The notes: generated by a model from the sequence alone, not told the origin. DNA of 64,000 bases from Octopus vulgaris (GCA_951406725.2 OX597840.1:4092001-4156000), one strand, 5' to 3'; positions 15,428 through 29,175 are shown, counted from the stretch's first letter. Program-made: numbers and translations.

Positions 15428-15738
15428 GGAGGCGCAATGGTCCAGTGGTTAGGGCAGCGGACTCGCGGTTGTAGGATCGCGGTTTCGATTCCCAGACCGG
15501 GCGTTGGGAGTGTTTATTGAGCGAAAACACCTAAAAGCTCCACGAGGCTCCGGCAGGGGGTGGTGGCGATCCCTGCTGTACTCTTTCACCACTCTTTCTC
15601 TCACTCTTTCTTCTTTTGGCCTGCTCGCTTAGCCAGCGGGGTGGCGTCATTTGAAGGCTAAAGCAATGCGAAGCGCATTGTGACCAGCGACGTGTAGCAA
15701 CATCTGATAGCCTGGTCGGTCACGGTGATCACAGTGAT
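15428..15738 (+). mobile_element. Family-E tRNA-derived SINE (head related to family D, different tail)
   Basis: TGGTCCAGTGGTTAGGGC...GGTTTCGATTCCC; homologous to the minus fragment at 30120-30291. Confidence 0.85.
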
Positions 15739-15879
15739 ATACCATATATACATGCGTACGTACGTGTGTGTGTGTGTGTGTTTATGCAATGAGATGCAGT
15801 ACAGTTTCTGACAACTAGATTTCATGCTCACAGAATATCTTATCCCAACCCGAGGGATAAGATAGAAGATTTTTACCCA

Positions 15880-16310
15880 GGCGGCGAGCTGGCAGAAACG
15901 TTAGAGTTCAAATTCCGCCGAGGTCGACTTTGCCTTTCATCCTTTCGGGGTCGATTAAATAAGTAAGAGTTACACACTGGGGTCGATATAATCGACTTAA
16001 TCCTTGTGTCTGTCTTTGTTTGTCTCCTCTACGTTTAGCCCCTTGTGGGAAATAAAGAAATAAGAAGATTTTTACCCAGGCGGCGAGCTGGCAGAAACGT
16101 TAGCACGTTGGGCAAAATGCTTAGCGGTATTTCGTCTGTCTTTACATTCTGAGTTCAAATTCCGCTGAGGTCGACTTTACCTTTCATCCTTTCGGAGTCG
16201 ATAAATTAAGTACCAGTTACGCACTGGGGTCGATATAATCGACTTAATCCCTTTGTCTGTCCTTGTTTGTCCTTTCTGTGTTTAGGCCCTTGTAGGTAGT
16301 AAAGAAATAA
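15880..16310 (+). mobile_element. Two tandem family-A SINEs bracketed by three copies of gaagattttta(c/g)ccag
   Basis: Direct repeats at about 15865, 16064 and 16311; the first SINE has an internal deletion. Confidence 0.88.
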
Positions 16311-16519
16311 GAAGATTTTTAGCCAGGCTCGTCCCGGTGAGATCAAAGTCAGAACCACGCCATCATCGACCATCTGCATCAGTGACCTCACCTTATGACG
16401 CTTCGGAATAGCCCCAGTGACCATCTGTTTTGGCTAAATAAGCTCAATGATTATTACTTTAGCTAGATTGATCCGGTGACCCTCATGTATGGTCATTTAT
16501 GGTCAGATAGCTTTTACTA

Positions 16520-16813
16520 TTTTACACGTTTCAACCACTGGGCTGCGGCCATGCTGGAGCATTGCCCTGAAGGGTTTAGTAGAATTAATCGACCTCGCTA
16601 TGTATCTTTTTGAAGTTTACTATTCATTCTATCGTACTCTTTTTGCCGAACTGCTAAGTTATGGGGACGTAAACAAAGTAACACCGCGTGTCACGCAATG
16701 GTGAGGTGACAAACACAAACACAATGACGCACATATGTGTGTGTCTGTCTGTCTGTCTGTTTCTGTGTACATGTATGTATGTGTGTGTGTGTGTAAATAA
16801 ATATATACATACA

Positions 16814-16893
<80 letters not shown>

Positions 16894-17065
16894 CATATAT
16901 ATACGACGGGCTTCCACGCAGTTTCTGTTATCATCAACCAGATTCAGTCACAAGTCATTGCTACATCCAAAACTATAATAAAAGACACTTGCCCAAAGTG
17001 TTGCGCAGTGGGACTGAACCCATGACCACGTAGTTACAAAGCGAGCATCTTAACCACACAACCAT
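16520..17065 (-). mobile_element. Older family-B SINE; another decayed copy at 18190-18560
   Basis: Degenerate match to family-B head and tail. Confidence 0.75.
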
Positions 17066-17681
17066 ACATTCGGTAACCTAACAAACAGTTTCGGTGCCTT
17101 CATAAACATGATTGAGCAGCTTCTGTGATGTCGCGATCATAATGGCTTGCTTCCGTATCTCCGTAACATACTCAAATAGTTTCACTCTGTAGTTTACCTT
17201 ATTTCAAAGACAATTTCACATAAATGGACGAATTTCACTGGCCGGTTCACTCTAACGTAGGATCTGCCCAATCCAAGCCAGCATCTCCTGCCCATCATAT
17301 ATCATTCATATCCTATAACTGTATTCAAAATGGCGACGTTTTGAAATGGTTGACACATCTTAACCTGTGATTTGTTTGTTATTTCAGTGAGGGCTTCTTT
17401 GCTTTTTTTTTTTATGATTATATTTCAAAGATGCATCTTCGTGGTTATTAATAGATATTGCTGCAAAGTAAATGGCAAATGCAGAAACAAAAACCTATTT
17501 TCGGGGACAATCATACGAAAGAAGAATAAATTTTTTGAAGTCGTTCAATTTTTCTCAACTAATTAATATTCCGATTGAGTAAACCTATCAGCAACATACC
17601 TATAATGACTGCAGGAAACAGCTATAAGCCAAATTTGCTCTAATAAAGGAAAAATATACGATAACCATTATTTATACCTTG

Positions 17682-17721
<40 letters not shown>

Positions 17722-17762
17722 TTTATTTATACATGTATATATATATATATATATATTTATTT

Positions 17763-17872
<110 letters not shown>

Positions 17873-18578
17873 TGAATAAATATGGCGGTGGGTGTATAAA
17901 TTATTCCACGCGAATTATGGTAGCTAAATGTATTTATTAACACCTTGATGCGTTACCTAAGTTTCCTAGACACGTATAATTCAGAAGATGTCCTGATACC
18001 TCTACGAAAATTCAAGTAACGCGAGATTAAGTCAACGTGTTCCAGGTCAATTTTCGCGCCGATAAACAATTATATATCTAATTAGTACACATATGTTTTA
18101 CCTGACTTTAAATACAAGCGTGTTTATATAAACATACATAAATGAGCACGTGCGTACAAACATACGCACACGCATACACATTATTTTTTTCAGTCGTTGG
18201 ACTGCGGCCATACTGTAGCACCACCATGTAGAGTTTAGCCGAACAATTTGACACCAGGGCTTATTTTAATTCCGATACTCATTCAGTCGGTAGCTTTTAC
18301 CGAACCGCTAGGTAATGGGGGTGTAAACACACCAATACTGATTTTCAAGTGATCGTTGGGACTAAATGCAAACACATAGACACAAACGCATACACACACA
18401 CACACACACAAACGCATACACACACACACGGGCTCCCTTACAGTTTCCGTCTCCCAAATTCACTCACGAGGCATCGGTCGGTCTAGGCATCATGCAGTGG
18501 GATTGAACCCGGAACCGTGTGTTTGACAAGCAAGCTTCTTACTACACAGCCACGACCGCGTCTATACACATATAATAT

Positions 18579-18627
<49 letters not shown>

Positions 18628-18664
18628 CATATATATTTGTGTGTGTGCGTACGTGTGTGTGAAT

Positions 18665-18715
<51 letters not shown>

Positions 18716-18855
18716 CCATATGTGAGTTACAAGTATTGTTGTCTGTAGAGACATATTTTTGTAGAAAAAGGAAATGGTAGTCCTTTGGGTGCTATTTCTA
18801 AAATTTTTGGTATGTGGTCAAGCAACTTGTTGCAAAACCGTTATTGTTATAATTA

Positions 18856-18947
<92 letters not shown>

Positions 18948-19020
18948 CATATATATATACACACACATGTATGTGTCATACTTCCGTGGATAGATAGGTA
19001 TAGACAGACAGACAGACAGC

Positions 19021-19068
<48 letters not shown>

Positions 19069-19077
19069 GAGATAGAG

Positions 19078-19146
<69 letters not shown>

Positions 19147-19176
19147 TGTATGTATTTATACGCATAATATTTTGAG

Positions 19177-19239
<63 letters not shown>

Positions 19240-19807
19240 AATGGTGATTGTCATAAATAAATCGTTAAATTACAGCAGGAACAGAGAAATTCTGCTAAAG
19301 TATAAGGCTTTTTATAGAAGCACTATAATTTTTATTAAATATAAACATCAAATGTTACTATATTCAAAAATATGTCTTTTCCATCGCCAAACTGGCTGGC
19401 AATGTTTTGTGAAGCAATTGACGAGCTTTGGGACATAAATCAACTGTCAAGCGAATTTTCTCTTTTTTCTGTTTTTTTAAATATAAATTGGAAGATGTCA
19501 CAGTCACATCTGTAACGTCTTTGATAATAATGTCTGTTGAATATGGCTGACCTCCAGGGACTAAAGCAGCAGTAAAACAATACGCCGCAGAACACAGCAC
19601 AACGACGAGCCAATGAGAGAAAGCCTGGACGTAGAAGCTCAGCTTAGTAAAACTAGCAGCCAGTTCGTCTTCAAACGGAGAGGACGACATATTGGTTAAT
19701 GCCGTCTCAGATACACTACGTACGCATTCAAGGCAGTAAATTTTATCTATCGAACATTATAGTTCGATAATCTTTCCTTGCTTCCTTATAGCTTTATTAT
19801 TTTTATT

Positions 19808-20433
19808 AAGTAGCTTGCTTATCAACCACATGGTTCCGGGTTCAGTCCCACTGCGTGGCACCTTCGACGGGTGTCTTCTACTTTAGTCTAGGGCCAACCA
19901 AAGCTTTGTGAGTGGATTTGGCAGACGGAAACTGAAAGAAGCCCGTCGTATATATGTATGTATATATATATGCGTGTGTGTGTTCGTGTGTGTGTCCCCC
20001 TAGCATTGCTTGACAACCGATGCTGATGTCTTTATGTCCCCGTTACTTAGCGATTCGGCAAAAGAGACCGATAGAATAAGTACTGGGCTTACAAAAGAAT
20101 AAGTCCCTGGGTCGAGTTGCTCGATTAAAGGCGGTGCTCCAGCATGGCCGCAGTCAAATGACTGAAACAAGTAAAAGAAAGAAAGAAATATGTATATATA
20201 TATATATGTATGTGAGTGTGTGTATGTTTGTGTGTCTGTGTTTGTCCCCCCCCCCCCCAACATCGCTTGACAACCGATGCTGGTGTGTTTACGTCCACGT
20301 AACTTAGCGGTTCGGCAAAGAGACCGATAGAATAAGTACTAGGCTTACAAGGAATAAGTCCTGGGCTCGATTTGCTCGACTAAAGGTGGTGCTCCAGCAT
20401 GGCCACAGTCAAATGACTGAAACAAGTAAAAGA
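19808..20433 (+). mobile_element. Family-B SINE with duplicated 3' half
   Basis: Head 19808-19948, tails at about 19985-20175 and 20230-20433. Confidence 0.88.
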
Positions 20434-20446
20434 GAATTAAAGAAAA

Positions 20447-20960
20447 GGCGGCGAGCTGGCAGAATCGTTAGCATGGCGGGCAAAATGCTAAGCGGCATAT
20501 AGTTCGTCTGTACATTCTGAGTTCAAATTCCGCCGAGGTCGACCTTGCCTTTCATCCTTTCGGGGTCGGTAAAATAAGTACCAGTGAAACACTGGGGTCG
20601 ATGTAATTGTTATTATTATTATTGAGAGCGTCGAGCTGGCAGGACTGTTAGCACACCGGACGATATGTTCAACAGCATTTCCTCCGTCTTTATGTTCCGA
20701 GTTCAAATCCTGCCAGGGTCAACTTTGCCTTTCATCCTAAAATAAAGTACCAGTCATTTACCAGGGTTGAAAGCATCGATTTAGCCCCTCCTCTCAAAAC
20801 TACCTAAACTAGAAACAATTATTATTGACAGAAACAAAATGCCTTACAGTATTTGTTCTGGCTCTTAACGTTCCGAGTTCAAATCCCGCTGAGGTCGACT
20901 TTGCCTTCTTTCCATTCGAGGAAATCAAATCAAGTACTGGGGGCCCAACGATATCGACTA
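20447..20960 (+). mobile_element. Cluster of three family-A SINEs of increasing divergence
   Basis: Repeated gagttcaaat...gtc(g/a)actttgcctt motifs. Confidence 0.8.
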
Positions 20961-21514
20961 ACCAACCCACCTGTCCCATCCCACTCCCCAAGTCCTACCC
21001 ATACCTTCCGAAACCGTTGACAATCAACGCGGTTAATGTTTCACCTGAGCAGCTATCAGCGGGGAGTGGGGAACATGGGCCGAAGGATGACGTTCTTGGT
21101 GAGGAGGAACTGAACGTGGCCTGCATTGAGGGTAGTTGGGTTGAGGGTATTATAGCAATGATGAGACGAGCTGTGATGAGAAAGACCGTGACGGCGTCAT
21201 GCCTGAATGAAAATGGCATGAGGAGACAACAAGAAGTCCCGAAAAGCATAAAACCGTCAGAGTGAGGAAAACCGTGTTTCTGCGTTGTGGAGCAGTCTGA
21301 AATGCGTTGAGGAGCAATTTTATGCCAAACAGTGGTCGCTTTAACACCTTTCGAGTTCTAAGCTCGTTGAGGACGAATCACACTACCATCGTCTTCACAG
21401 GTGAAACGCAAAATCTATACCAATCGAACGAGGATCGAACCCCGCCACCCTCCTTTGAAAATTTGTGCTTGTCCCTAACATAAATACCATCTTTATTTTT
21501 TTCTATCTATTATC

Positions 21515-21546
<32 letters not shown>

Positions 21547-21578
21547 TACTATTACTATTATTTTTATTTTTATTTTTA

Positions 21579-21621
<43 letters not shown>

Positions 21622-21741
21622 GATTAGTGGTGGTAGAAGTAGTAGTAGTAATAGTATAATTGTAGTATTACTTGTCAGCCGTTATTATCACTAGCATCAT
21701 CTTCATCATCGTTTTACTATTATTATTATTATTTATATCTA

Positions 21742-21778
<37 letters not shown>

Positions 21779-21971
21779 CATGATTCAGTCAGCGTTTATA
21801 CTTATACATATGCATATGAGCATACATACAAAAATATACATAAATTTATATATATATATGCAAGTGTATATATTTATAAGCATACACAGACGTATTTATA
21901 AATATATAAGCATGTACATACGTATGCATATATATATGTGTGTATGCGTTTGTGTGTGTGCGTGTATGTGT

Positions 21972-22081
<110 letters not shown>

Positions 22082-22856
22082 ACACAAATATATGAGTATG
22101 TATATGTGTCTTACATATATACATACATATATATACATATACGTATATAGGTATTTCCACGATTGCCTGCATGTAAATTTATGAGGTGTAGTTGTTATGC
22201 TTTCGTCGTGTTTCCGTTTATTAATTTTGGTTTTGTTTTTGTTTTGTTTCCTTTTTTTATTTCTATTAATTTATTCTCTTTCCGTTCGTTTTATTTTTCT
22301 TCACTTCTATTCCAATGTTCCAACATCAAACACTCAAACTCCATCAACGATGTCACGTGAACACAACTGACGGCTTTCACTTTCACTTTCGACAAGACGA
22401 CAGGACATTAGCATCTGCTAAACCAGTCTGCTAACATACGCATACATACTTACATACATATACAGTCATGCTCACACAACAGTCATTCATATACATACAC
22501 ACACATGGCCATATGCATACATACACATAAATATATACATATATAAGTATGTATGTATATATATATATATATTTATGTATGTATATATATATATATATAT
22601 GTGTGTATGTGTGCATTTATATATGGATATATATGTAAATGTACACAAACTTAAATATATATATATGTACATATATATGTATGTATGTATGTATATATAC
22701 ACCCGTCGCAAATGTACAAAATGACCAGAAGACGAGGCTGTTAAAACAAAAGTAAACATAAACGCAGTTATTAGGGGAAAAAATGGTAAAAATATAAAGG
22801 AATATGATGTTTCAGATTAAATTGCATGTATATATATGTGTATATATATGTATATA

Positions 22857-22928
<72 letters not shown>

Positions 22929-22957
22929 TATATAAGTAAGTGTATGAATATATGTAC

Positions 22958-22990
<33 letters not shown>

Positions 22991-23124
22991 TGTGTGAGTG
23001 TGTATATATGTATCTATATGTATATGTGTATATAAGTATATACACATACGCATGAATACATGAACATATGTGTATGCGTGAATGTCTATATACATCTAAG
23101 TGTGCATATATATAATTGCATATA

Positions 23125-23161
<37 letters not shown>

Positions 23162-23178
23162 ATATATACATGTAATTA

Positions 23179-23224
<46 letters not shown>

Positions 23225-23340
23225 CATATATTATGTATATATAATGTATATATATATATGTGTACGTGTGTGTGTGTAAGTACACAAGTAAAAATACATA
23301 TACATGCTCTGTATATGTGTATATATAAATATATATGATG

Positions 23341-23381
<41 letters not shown>

Positions 23382-23825
23382 AAGTGCATATATATATACT
23401 AACCTCATGTGTGTGTATGCGTCTGTGTCTGTGTAATCATACACAACATATATATACAAATAGATGTATACATACTCTTCCTCTATATATACATATATGC
23501 ATATATATTATATATATATATATTCATATTCCTCAGATGGTTGTAACTCAGTAGGATTTCGTTGACGAAACAATGTGTAACGCTGGAGTTCTATTGAGAC
23601 TAAAGTCTGCCTAACATAACCTCACTGGATTTGTTTTTCTTCCTTGTAGATTTCGTGTTGTTTGTGTATATATATGCATGCGTATATATTTATATACATA
23701 TATGCATATTCACATACATTCAGAAAGTGTATATTTATGTGTGAGTATCTATGTGTTTATCTACGTATGTATTTGTGTAGTTATGTATGTGTTGGTTTTT
23801 ATGTATGTCTTTATGTATGTACGTA

Positions 23826-23916
<91 letters not shown>

Positions 23917-23993
23917 TGTTTATAGGTTAGAGACAGGTGTTCTCTCTATAGAATACACTTCGTAGTGCTCAAGAGATTTGAACTTGAGCCGGT

Positions 23994-24407
23994 AGATGAG
24001 TAAATGTAATGACAAGAAAGTTAGGCAAGACGATATACGAAAGATATTAAATACATTTAATAGAAAAAAGTCCGACAGCTGTTTCTTGGGGGCTTGGTCG
24101 TCTGGAATAATGGTAGTTATTTGAATCCATTATCGGATAACAGCGCCTCCGTCTTCAGGGAAAAAATTTACGTTGGAGAATTTTACATTTGAGCTGTTGA
24201 CAGGATGGAAGACCAAGGTGGTGTTATCCGATAATGGATCCAAGTACCTATCAATATTCCGGACCACCAAGCCCCCAGAAACAGCTGTCGGACTTTCTGT
24301 AAGTCGGACTATTTTATGTCCATACACATGTACATTTTTTTCTATTAAATGTATTTAATATTCTGTGTAAATCGACTTGCCTAACTTGCTTGTCGTTATA
24401 TTTACTC

Positions 24408-24410
<3 letters not shown>
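23994..24410. mobile_element. Fold-back Penelope-like element with a hammerhead motif on the minus strand (24071-24161)
   Basis: Imperfect inverted arms at about 23994-24155 and 24205-24410. Minus strand: TCC-CTGAAGA-C-GGAGGC...GCCCCC-AA-GAAA-CAGCTG-TC-GGA. Confidence 0.7.
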
Positions 24411-24462
<52 letters not shown>

Positions 24463-24926
24463 GTTTTGGCTAAAATTTGTTTGGTTTTTGTCGGCACTAA
24501 AGTTCAATGATTCTAGTAAGTGGCTAACTATAGTCTGTCCTTTGCGCATGCGCACTCGTTAGATGCTTGACATTTCGACGTAGTTCGGCGCGAACTAGCG
24601 ACGAAACAGGTTGCATTGTGTGCACTTGGGATCACTCGGAAAATGGAAAACGAAAACGAACATTGTCGTCTCTGCGCACTTTTTTATTTATAAGAAGTAA
24701 AAGGCAAAATGGCGACAGAAACCAGCAAGAAGATATATGCAGTATTCAGAGAGAATGCTGTTATGAAACATGAGTGCCAGAAGTTGTTTTTCTTTAAGAC
24801 TTTGTTCAAGAAATTTTTCGTTTCCAGATGCATCTCGATTTGGCCGGCCAAGCAAGATTAACAGCAACACCAAATCCCGTCATTTGACCAGGATGTTCGT
24901 AGATATTCCACAGAATATTCGTAGGT

Positions 24927-25092
24927 AGGCACAGGAGTGGCTGTGTGGTAAGTAGCTTGCTAACCAACCACATGGTTCCGGGTTCAGTCCCACTGCGTGG
25001 CACCTTGGGCAAGTGTCTTCTACTATAGCCTCGGGCCGACCAAAGCCTTGTGAGTGGATTTGGTAGACGGAAGCTTAAAGAAGCCCGTCGTA

Positions 25093-25144
<52 letters not shown>

Positions 25145-25778
25145 TTACACCCACAAGGGGCTAAACACAGAGGGGATAAACAAGGACAGACAAACGGATT
25201 AAGTCGATTACATCGACCCCAGTGCGCAACTGGTACTTAATTTATCGACCCCGAAAGGATGAAAGGCAAAGTCGACCTCGGCGGAATTTGAACTCAGAAC
25301 GTAACGGCAGACGAAATACGGTTACGTATTTCGCCCGGCGTGCTAACGGTTCTGCCAGCTCGCCGCCTTATATGTGTGTGTGTGTGTGTGTGTGTGCGTG
25401 TGTGTTTGTGTGTCTGTGTTTGTCCCCGTCACTTAGCGGAGACATAAACCGATAGAATAAGTACTGGGCTTACAAAGAATAAGTCCCGGGGTCGAGTTGC
25501 TCGACTAAAAGCGGTGCTCCAGTATGGCCGCAGTCAAATGACTGAAACAAGTAAAAGAGTAAAAGAGTAAAGGAATATGTTTGTGTGTCTGTGTTCGCCC
25601 CCCCAACATCGCTTGACAACTGATGCTGGTGTGTTTACGTCCCCGTAACTTAACGGTTCGGCAAAAGAGACCGATTGAATAAGTACTAGTCTTACAAAGA
25701 CTTGCTCGACTAAAGGCGGTGCTCCAGCATGGCCACAGTCAAATGACTGAAACAAGTAAAAGAGTAAAAAAGAGTAAA
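24927..25778 (+). mobile_element. Family-B SINE (duplicated tail) with a minus-strand family-A SINE (25147-25367) in its microsatellite, all inside the mariner
   Basis: Consensus matches; mariner coding sequence resumes at about 25790. Confidence 0.88.
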
Positions 25779-26132
25779 AGACTATATATCCAAATCGAGG
25801 GTTGAAAACCATTTGCTCCAACCTGGCCGTGTCAGAAGGCTTAGAGGTTGGTATCCACATTAACTGAATGAAGCTAATCTCGCCCGACGGATTTCCATCA
25901 GCGATTTGTTACAGAAACGTGAAGAAAATTAGCCTTTTTTGAAGAAAATGGTGACAGGGAACGAAAAAATGGATCGTCTATAATAATGTGAAGCGCAGAC
26001 GATCATACGGGAAGCGCAGCGAACCATCACAAATCACCTTCAAAGCAAGACTTCACTCGAAGAAGGTGGGATTGATTTGGTGTTACTTTTTACGATCTTC
26101 TTCCACGTTCAGGACAATCAATTCGGATGTGT

Positions 26133-26260
26133 CATCATTATTGTTCGACCGTGGTCGAGACAATGGAATTTACCATGCTACGCCAGACTTCACGGTCCAT
26201 CATGGCATTACGGAGGTCCTGTTGCTGGATGCCTGTATCCCTGGAGATTACATCAGGGTA
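26133..26260 (-). mobile_element. 5'-truncated RTE-type LINE 3' end with an 8-bp TSD (ggatgtgt)
   Basis: Minus strand encodes PDVISRDTGIQQQDLRNAMMDREVWRSMVNSIVSTTVEQ*. TSDs at 26125-26132 and 26261-26268; removing the insert restores mariner TINSDVY. Confidence 0.85.
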
Positions 26261-26876
26261 GGATGTGTACAGTAACTAGCTGGACAAATTAAACGCAGCG
26301 ACTCTCCGGAAACGTTCAGCACTTGATAATTAATCATAAAGGCATCGTTTTTCATCACGATAATATCAGACTACTCAGTTCTTTGCAGATGCGGCAAACT
26401 TTACTGAGGCTTGGTTGGGATGTTCCGTCACACTCTCCATATTTACCCGACCTTACACCTTCAGATTTCTACCTATTCCAGTCACTCCAAAATTCATAGA
26501 ATGGACAAACAGACATTCAACTTTAAAGAGAACGTAAAAATTCACCCAGAGGAATTTTTTCGCCAGTAAAGATAGGAAACTCTTTGAGCAGAATACAATG
26601 GATTTCCTCACAAAGTCGCAGAAGGCAGTGGAACGAATCGATATATTATATAAATTGATTGAATAAATCGCTTTGTGTTCAAGACTTATGTCTTATTTTT
26701 GTGTGAAAAACGAAAGGACCTCTGGGCCAACCCAATATATGTATAAATTGTGGCGGTGGTTAAATTTTCTTATATAAAATATAATACCATTAAGGATTTA
26801 TATAATCATATCTAGATTAAAAGTCTAGTGCTTATTTGGTTTCAGCCACTTAATAAAATTAATTAATAATAATTAA

Positions 26877-27328
26877 TGGTGGTGGTGGTGGTGGTGCTGG
26901 TGGTGCTGGTGGTGCTGGTTCTGGTGCTAGTGGTGGTGCTAGTGGTGGTGCTAGTGGTGGTGCTGGTGCTGGTGCTGGTGCTGGTGCTGGTGCTGGTGCT
27001 GGTGGTGCAGGTGATGATGCTGGTGGTGCTGGTGGTGGTGCTGGTGGTGGTGCTGGTGGTGGTGCTGGTGGTGGTGCTGGTGGTGGTGCTGGTGGTGGTG
27101 GTGATGATGGTGGTGGTGCTGGTGGTGGTGCTGGTGCTGGTGCTGGTGCTGGTGGTGCAGGTGATGATGCTGGTGGTGCTGGTGGTGGTGCTGGTGCTGG
27201 TGGTGCTGGTGCTGCTGCTGCTGCTGCTGGTGCTGGTGCTGGTGCTGGTGGTGCTGGTGGTGGTGGTGGTGGTGCTGCTGCTGCTGGTGCTGGTGCTGGT
27301 GCTGGTGCTGGTGGTGGTGGTGGTGGTA
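26877..27328. repeat. Compound (GGT)/(GCT) trinucleotide minisatellite
   Basis: Read directly; the recurring unit ggtggtgcaggtgatgatgct indicates higher-order duplication. Confidence 0.95.
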
Positions 27329-27614
27329 GCGACGGTGGTCTCTGATTTTCCAAAGACGACGTTGTATTATACGCGTCAAAGTTTGTGGAGGTCGATGTCA
27401 AACGCGTATATACTAGGAAGAGAGTTGATGGGAAAAGGTTTGGGTGGGAGACAGTAAGTGATGTATAAGAACACATATAACACATATATACACACCTCTA
27501 TCTGCACAATACAAAGTATTGAGCACTCAGGTATAAGCATTAGATTTTGGGGGTTTAGTGGGGGGTGCATAACCGCCAGTGACTCATAACATAGTTTCTT
27601 GGTGAAACTTTTTT

Positions 27615-28187
27615 TGTTCCTTCTCGAGCCATGCCTGGCTCATAAGAGCCGGTTTCCCGGTTTCCTTGGCGTATAGGTTCCCCACCTGGACGGGACACTG
27701 GTCCATCGCAGGTGAGTTGCAAGATGGAGGAGGAAAGGGTGAGAGAAAGTCGTGGCGAAAGAGTCAACAGAAGTTCGCCATTACCTTCTGCTGGAGTTGC
27801 ATGGAGCTTAGGTGTTTCGCCCATAAACACACACATCACCTGGTCTGAGATTCGAACATAAATATATATATATATATATATATATATTGTTTATTCCTTG
27901 TGGAGCCTAGCCTGGCTCATAGGGCCGGTTTCCCGGTTTTCATGGCGTATAGGTTCCCCGCCTGGACGGGATAATGGTCCATCACATGTGAGCTGCAAGA
28001 TGCAGGAGGAGAGAGTTAGAGAAAGTTGTGGCGAAAGAGTCAGCAGAAGTTCGTCATTACCTTCTGCCGGAGCCACGTGGAGCTTGGGTTTTTCGCTCAT
28101 AAACACACACATCGCCCGGTCTGAGATTCGAACCCGCGATCCCTCGATCGCGAGTTCACTGTTCTAACCACTAGGTCATGTGCCTCC
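27615..28187 (-). mobile_element. Two family-D SINEs separated by (TA)n
   Basis: Reverse-complement homology to 3131-3418. Confidence 0.87.
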
Positions 28188-28382
28188 ACTTAGTGAATCT
28201 TAAGTATCAGCAAAAGTAACAGAAAAAACAGTGAAGTGTTTACAAGCGATCATTTAGGCGATGGAAAAATAGTGTAACGTCTTTGTATCTGATTGGGTTT
28301 ATAATCGGTTCTCATGGATTTGTTTTAGGCAGATAAAAAAGAAAAAAGCATGTCTGGTTAGAAGCTTACTTGTGGTAAGAAA

Positions 28383-29175
28383 GGCGGCTAGCTGGCAGAA
28401 ACGTTAGCACGCCGGGCGAAATGCTTAGCGGTATTTCGTCTGCCGTTACGTTCTGAGTTCAAATTCCGCCGAGGTCGACTTTACCTTTCATCCTTTCCGG
28501 GTCGATAAATTAAGTACCAGTTACGCACATGGGTCGATGTAATCAGCTTAATCCCTTTGTCTGTCCTTGTTTGTCCTCTCTGTGTTTAGCCCCTTGTGGG
28601 TAGTAAGAAAATAGGTATTTCATCTGCCATTACGTTCTGAGTTCAAATTCCGACGTGGTCGACTTTACCTTTCATCCTTTCGGGGTCGATAAATTAAGTA
28701 CCAGTTACGCACTGGGGACGATGTAATTGACTTAATCCCTTTGTCTGTCCTTGTTTGTCCCCTCTGTGTTTAGCCCCTTGTGGGCAATAAAGAAATAAGA
28801 AATAAGAAACTTGCTTTCCAACCACATGGTTCTGGGTTCAGTCCAACTGTGTGACACCTTGGGCAAGTGTCTTCTACTATAGCGTCGGACTGACCAAAGC
28901 CTTGTGAGTGGATTTGGTAGACGGAAGCTGAAAGAAGCTCGTTGAATATATATGTGTGTGCGTCTATTTATGTTTGTGTGTCTGTGTTTGACACCCCACC
29001 ATCGCTTGACAAACGATGCAGGTTGACTGATGTTACTTAGCGGTTCGGCATAAAAACCGATAGAATAACTGCTAGGCTTACAGAGAATAAATCAAGGGAC
29101 GATTTCTTCGACTAAAAACCCCTTTAAGGTGGTGCTCCAGCACGACTGCAGCTAAATGACTGAAACAAGTAAGAA
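28383..29175 (+). mobile_element. Internally duplicated family-A SINE (28383-28806) inserted in the head of a family-B SINE (resumes 28810-29175)
   Basis: Family-B head tgtggtaaga precedes the A copy and aacttgctttccaaccac follows it. Confidence 0.85.

Larger units (their letters stand above)
24459..26737 (+). mobile_element. Decayed full-span mariner (Tc1/mariner) transposon with nested SINE and RTE insertions
   Basis: N-terminus MENENEHCRLCALF...SRFGRPS (from 24643); PFLKKMVTGNEKWIVYNN; TINSDVY; VFHHDN; SPYLPDLTPSDFYLFQSLQN. Right TIR ...gggccaacccaata followed by TA; degenerate left TIR ttgttttggc. Stops and frameshifts present. Confidence 0.88.

Noticed and set aside
15428-15500. tRNA-like sequences (also at 3131, 24927, 35354, 59500)
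   Set aside because: They have A and B boxes but no complete cloverleaf and continue into multi-copy bodies, so they are SINE heads rather than tRNA genes.
19364-19690. 108-aa ORF with a hydrophobic stretch
   Set aside because: No recognisable family or splice support; noted only as an unexplained island.
26859-27485. 208-aa Pro/Ala-rich ORF and the overlapping His/Gln- and Val/Leu-rich ORFs
   Set aside because: A stop-free (GGT/GCT)n tract is open in several frames; no codon diversity or convincing splice context.
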